A stretch of DNA of 64,000 nucleotides from NCBI GenBank assembly GCA_963777605.1, contig CAVZRV010000030.1, positions 288,001 through 352,000 on the forward strand. Direction: 5' to 3'. Shown piece by piece: positions 63,905-64,000 of the stretch. A program made the translations under genes and the position numbers. The DNA is from an uncultured Acidobacteriota bacterium. Lineage in GTDB: Bacteria > Acidobacteriota > UBA6911 > RPQK01 > JAPXNP01. The notes under the pieces are model-generated. The model saw nothing but the letters and a program-made list of their open reading frames with translations, was not told where the DNA came from and made no database searches. Every line of letters starts with the position of its first letter. The first letter of the stretch is position 1.

Positions 63905-64000
63905 AATCGGCTGCCCAGCCTGTTTCGCCACCAACGGCTGCCGACGAGACACCCTCGGGGGTGGTTGTCCTACGCTGAAATCGAAATTTCGTTCAGGTCG

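Noticed and set aside
63969-64000. Possible 3' end of a minus-strand gene (...DLNEISISA*)
   Set aside because: There is too little sequence to support a call.

Overview
This is a GC-rich, gene-dense bacterial chromosomal window of about 50 genes, probably from Acidobacteriota (inferred from gene content). Housekeeping and catabolic genes: two phosphomannomutases, manC, galM, tal-zwf, a YjhG/YagF-type sugar-acid dehydratase, mdh, murQ with an SIS protein, a LeuB/LeuC/LeuD-like cluster facing a family III CoA-transferase and HMG-CoA-lyase pair, hutUHIG, pntA1A2B, a class II DAHP synthase, several peptidases and two ECF sigma/ZAS anti-sigma pairs. I found no rRNA, tRNA, CRISPR array, transposase or prophage. 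Six genes carry single-base frameshifts, most likely long-read assembly errors. Four observations stand out. (1) A very small CTAG-flanked MITE occurs twice; one copy interrupts the start of an epimerase gene but supplies a new in-frame ATG next to the stop of the displaced leader. (2) A family of ~290-370 bp TGAAACT...AGTTTCA-bounded elements carries different REP-like palindromic interiors, shows a compensatory base change, and lies next to stop codons. (3) The DapF has serines at both catalytic cysteine positions. (4) The LeuBCD-like/CoA-transferase/lyase cluster has a putative sigma54 promoter and looks catabolic rather than leucine-biosynthetic.
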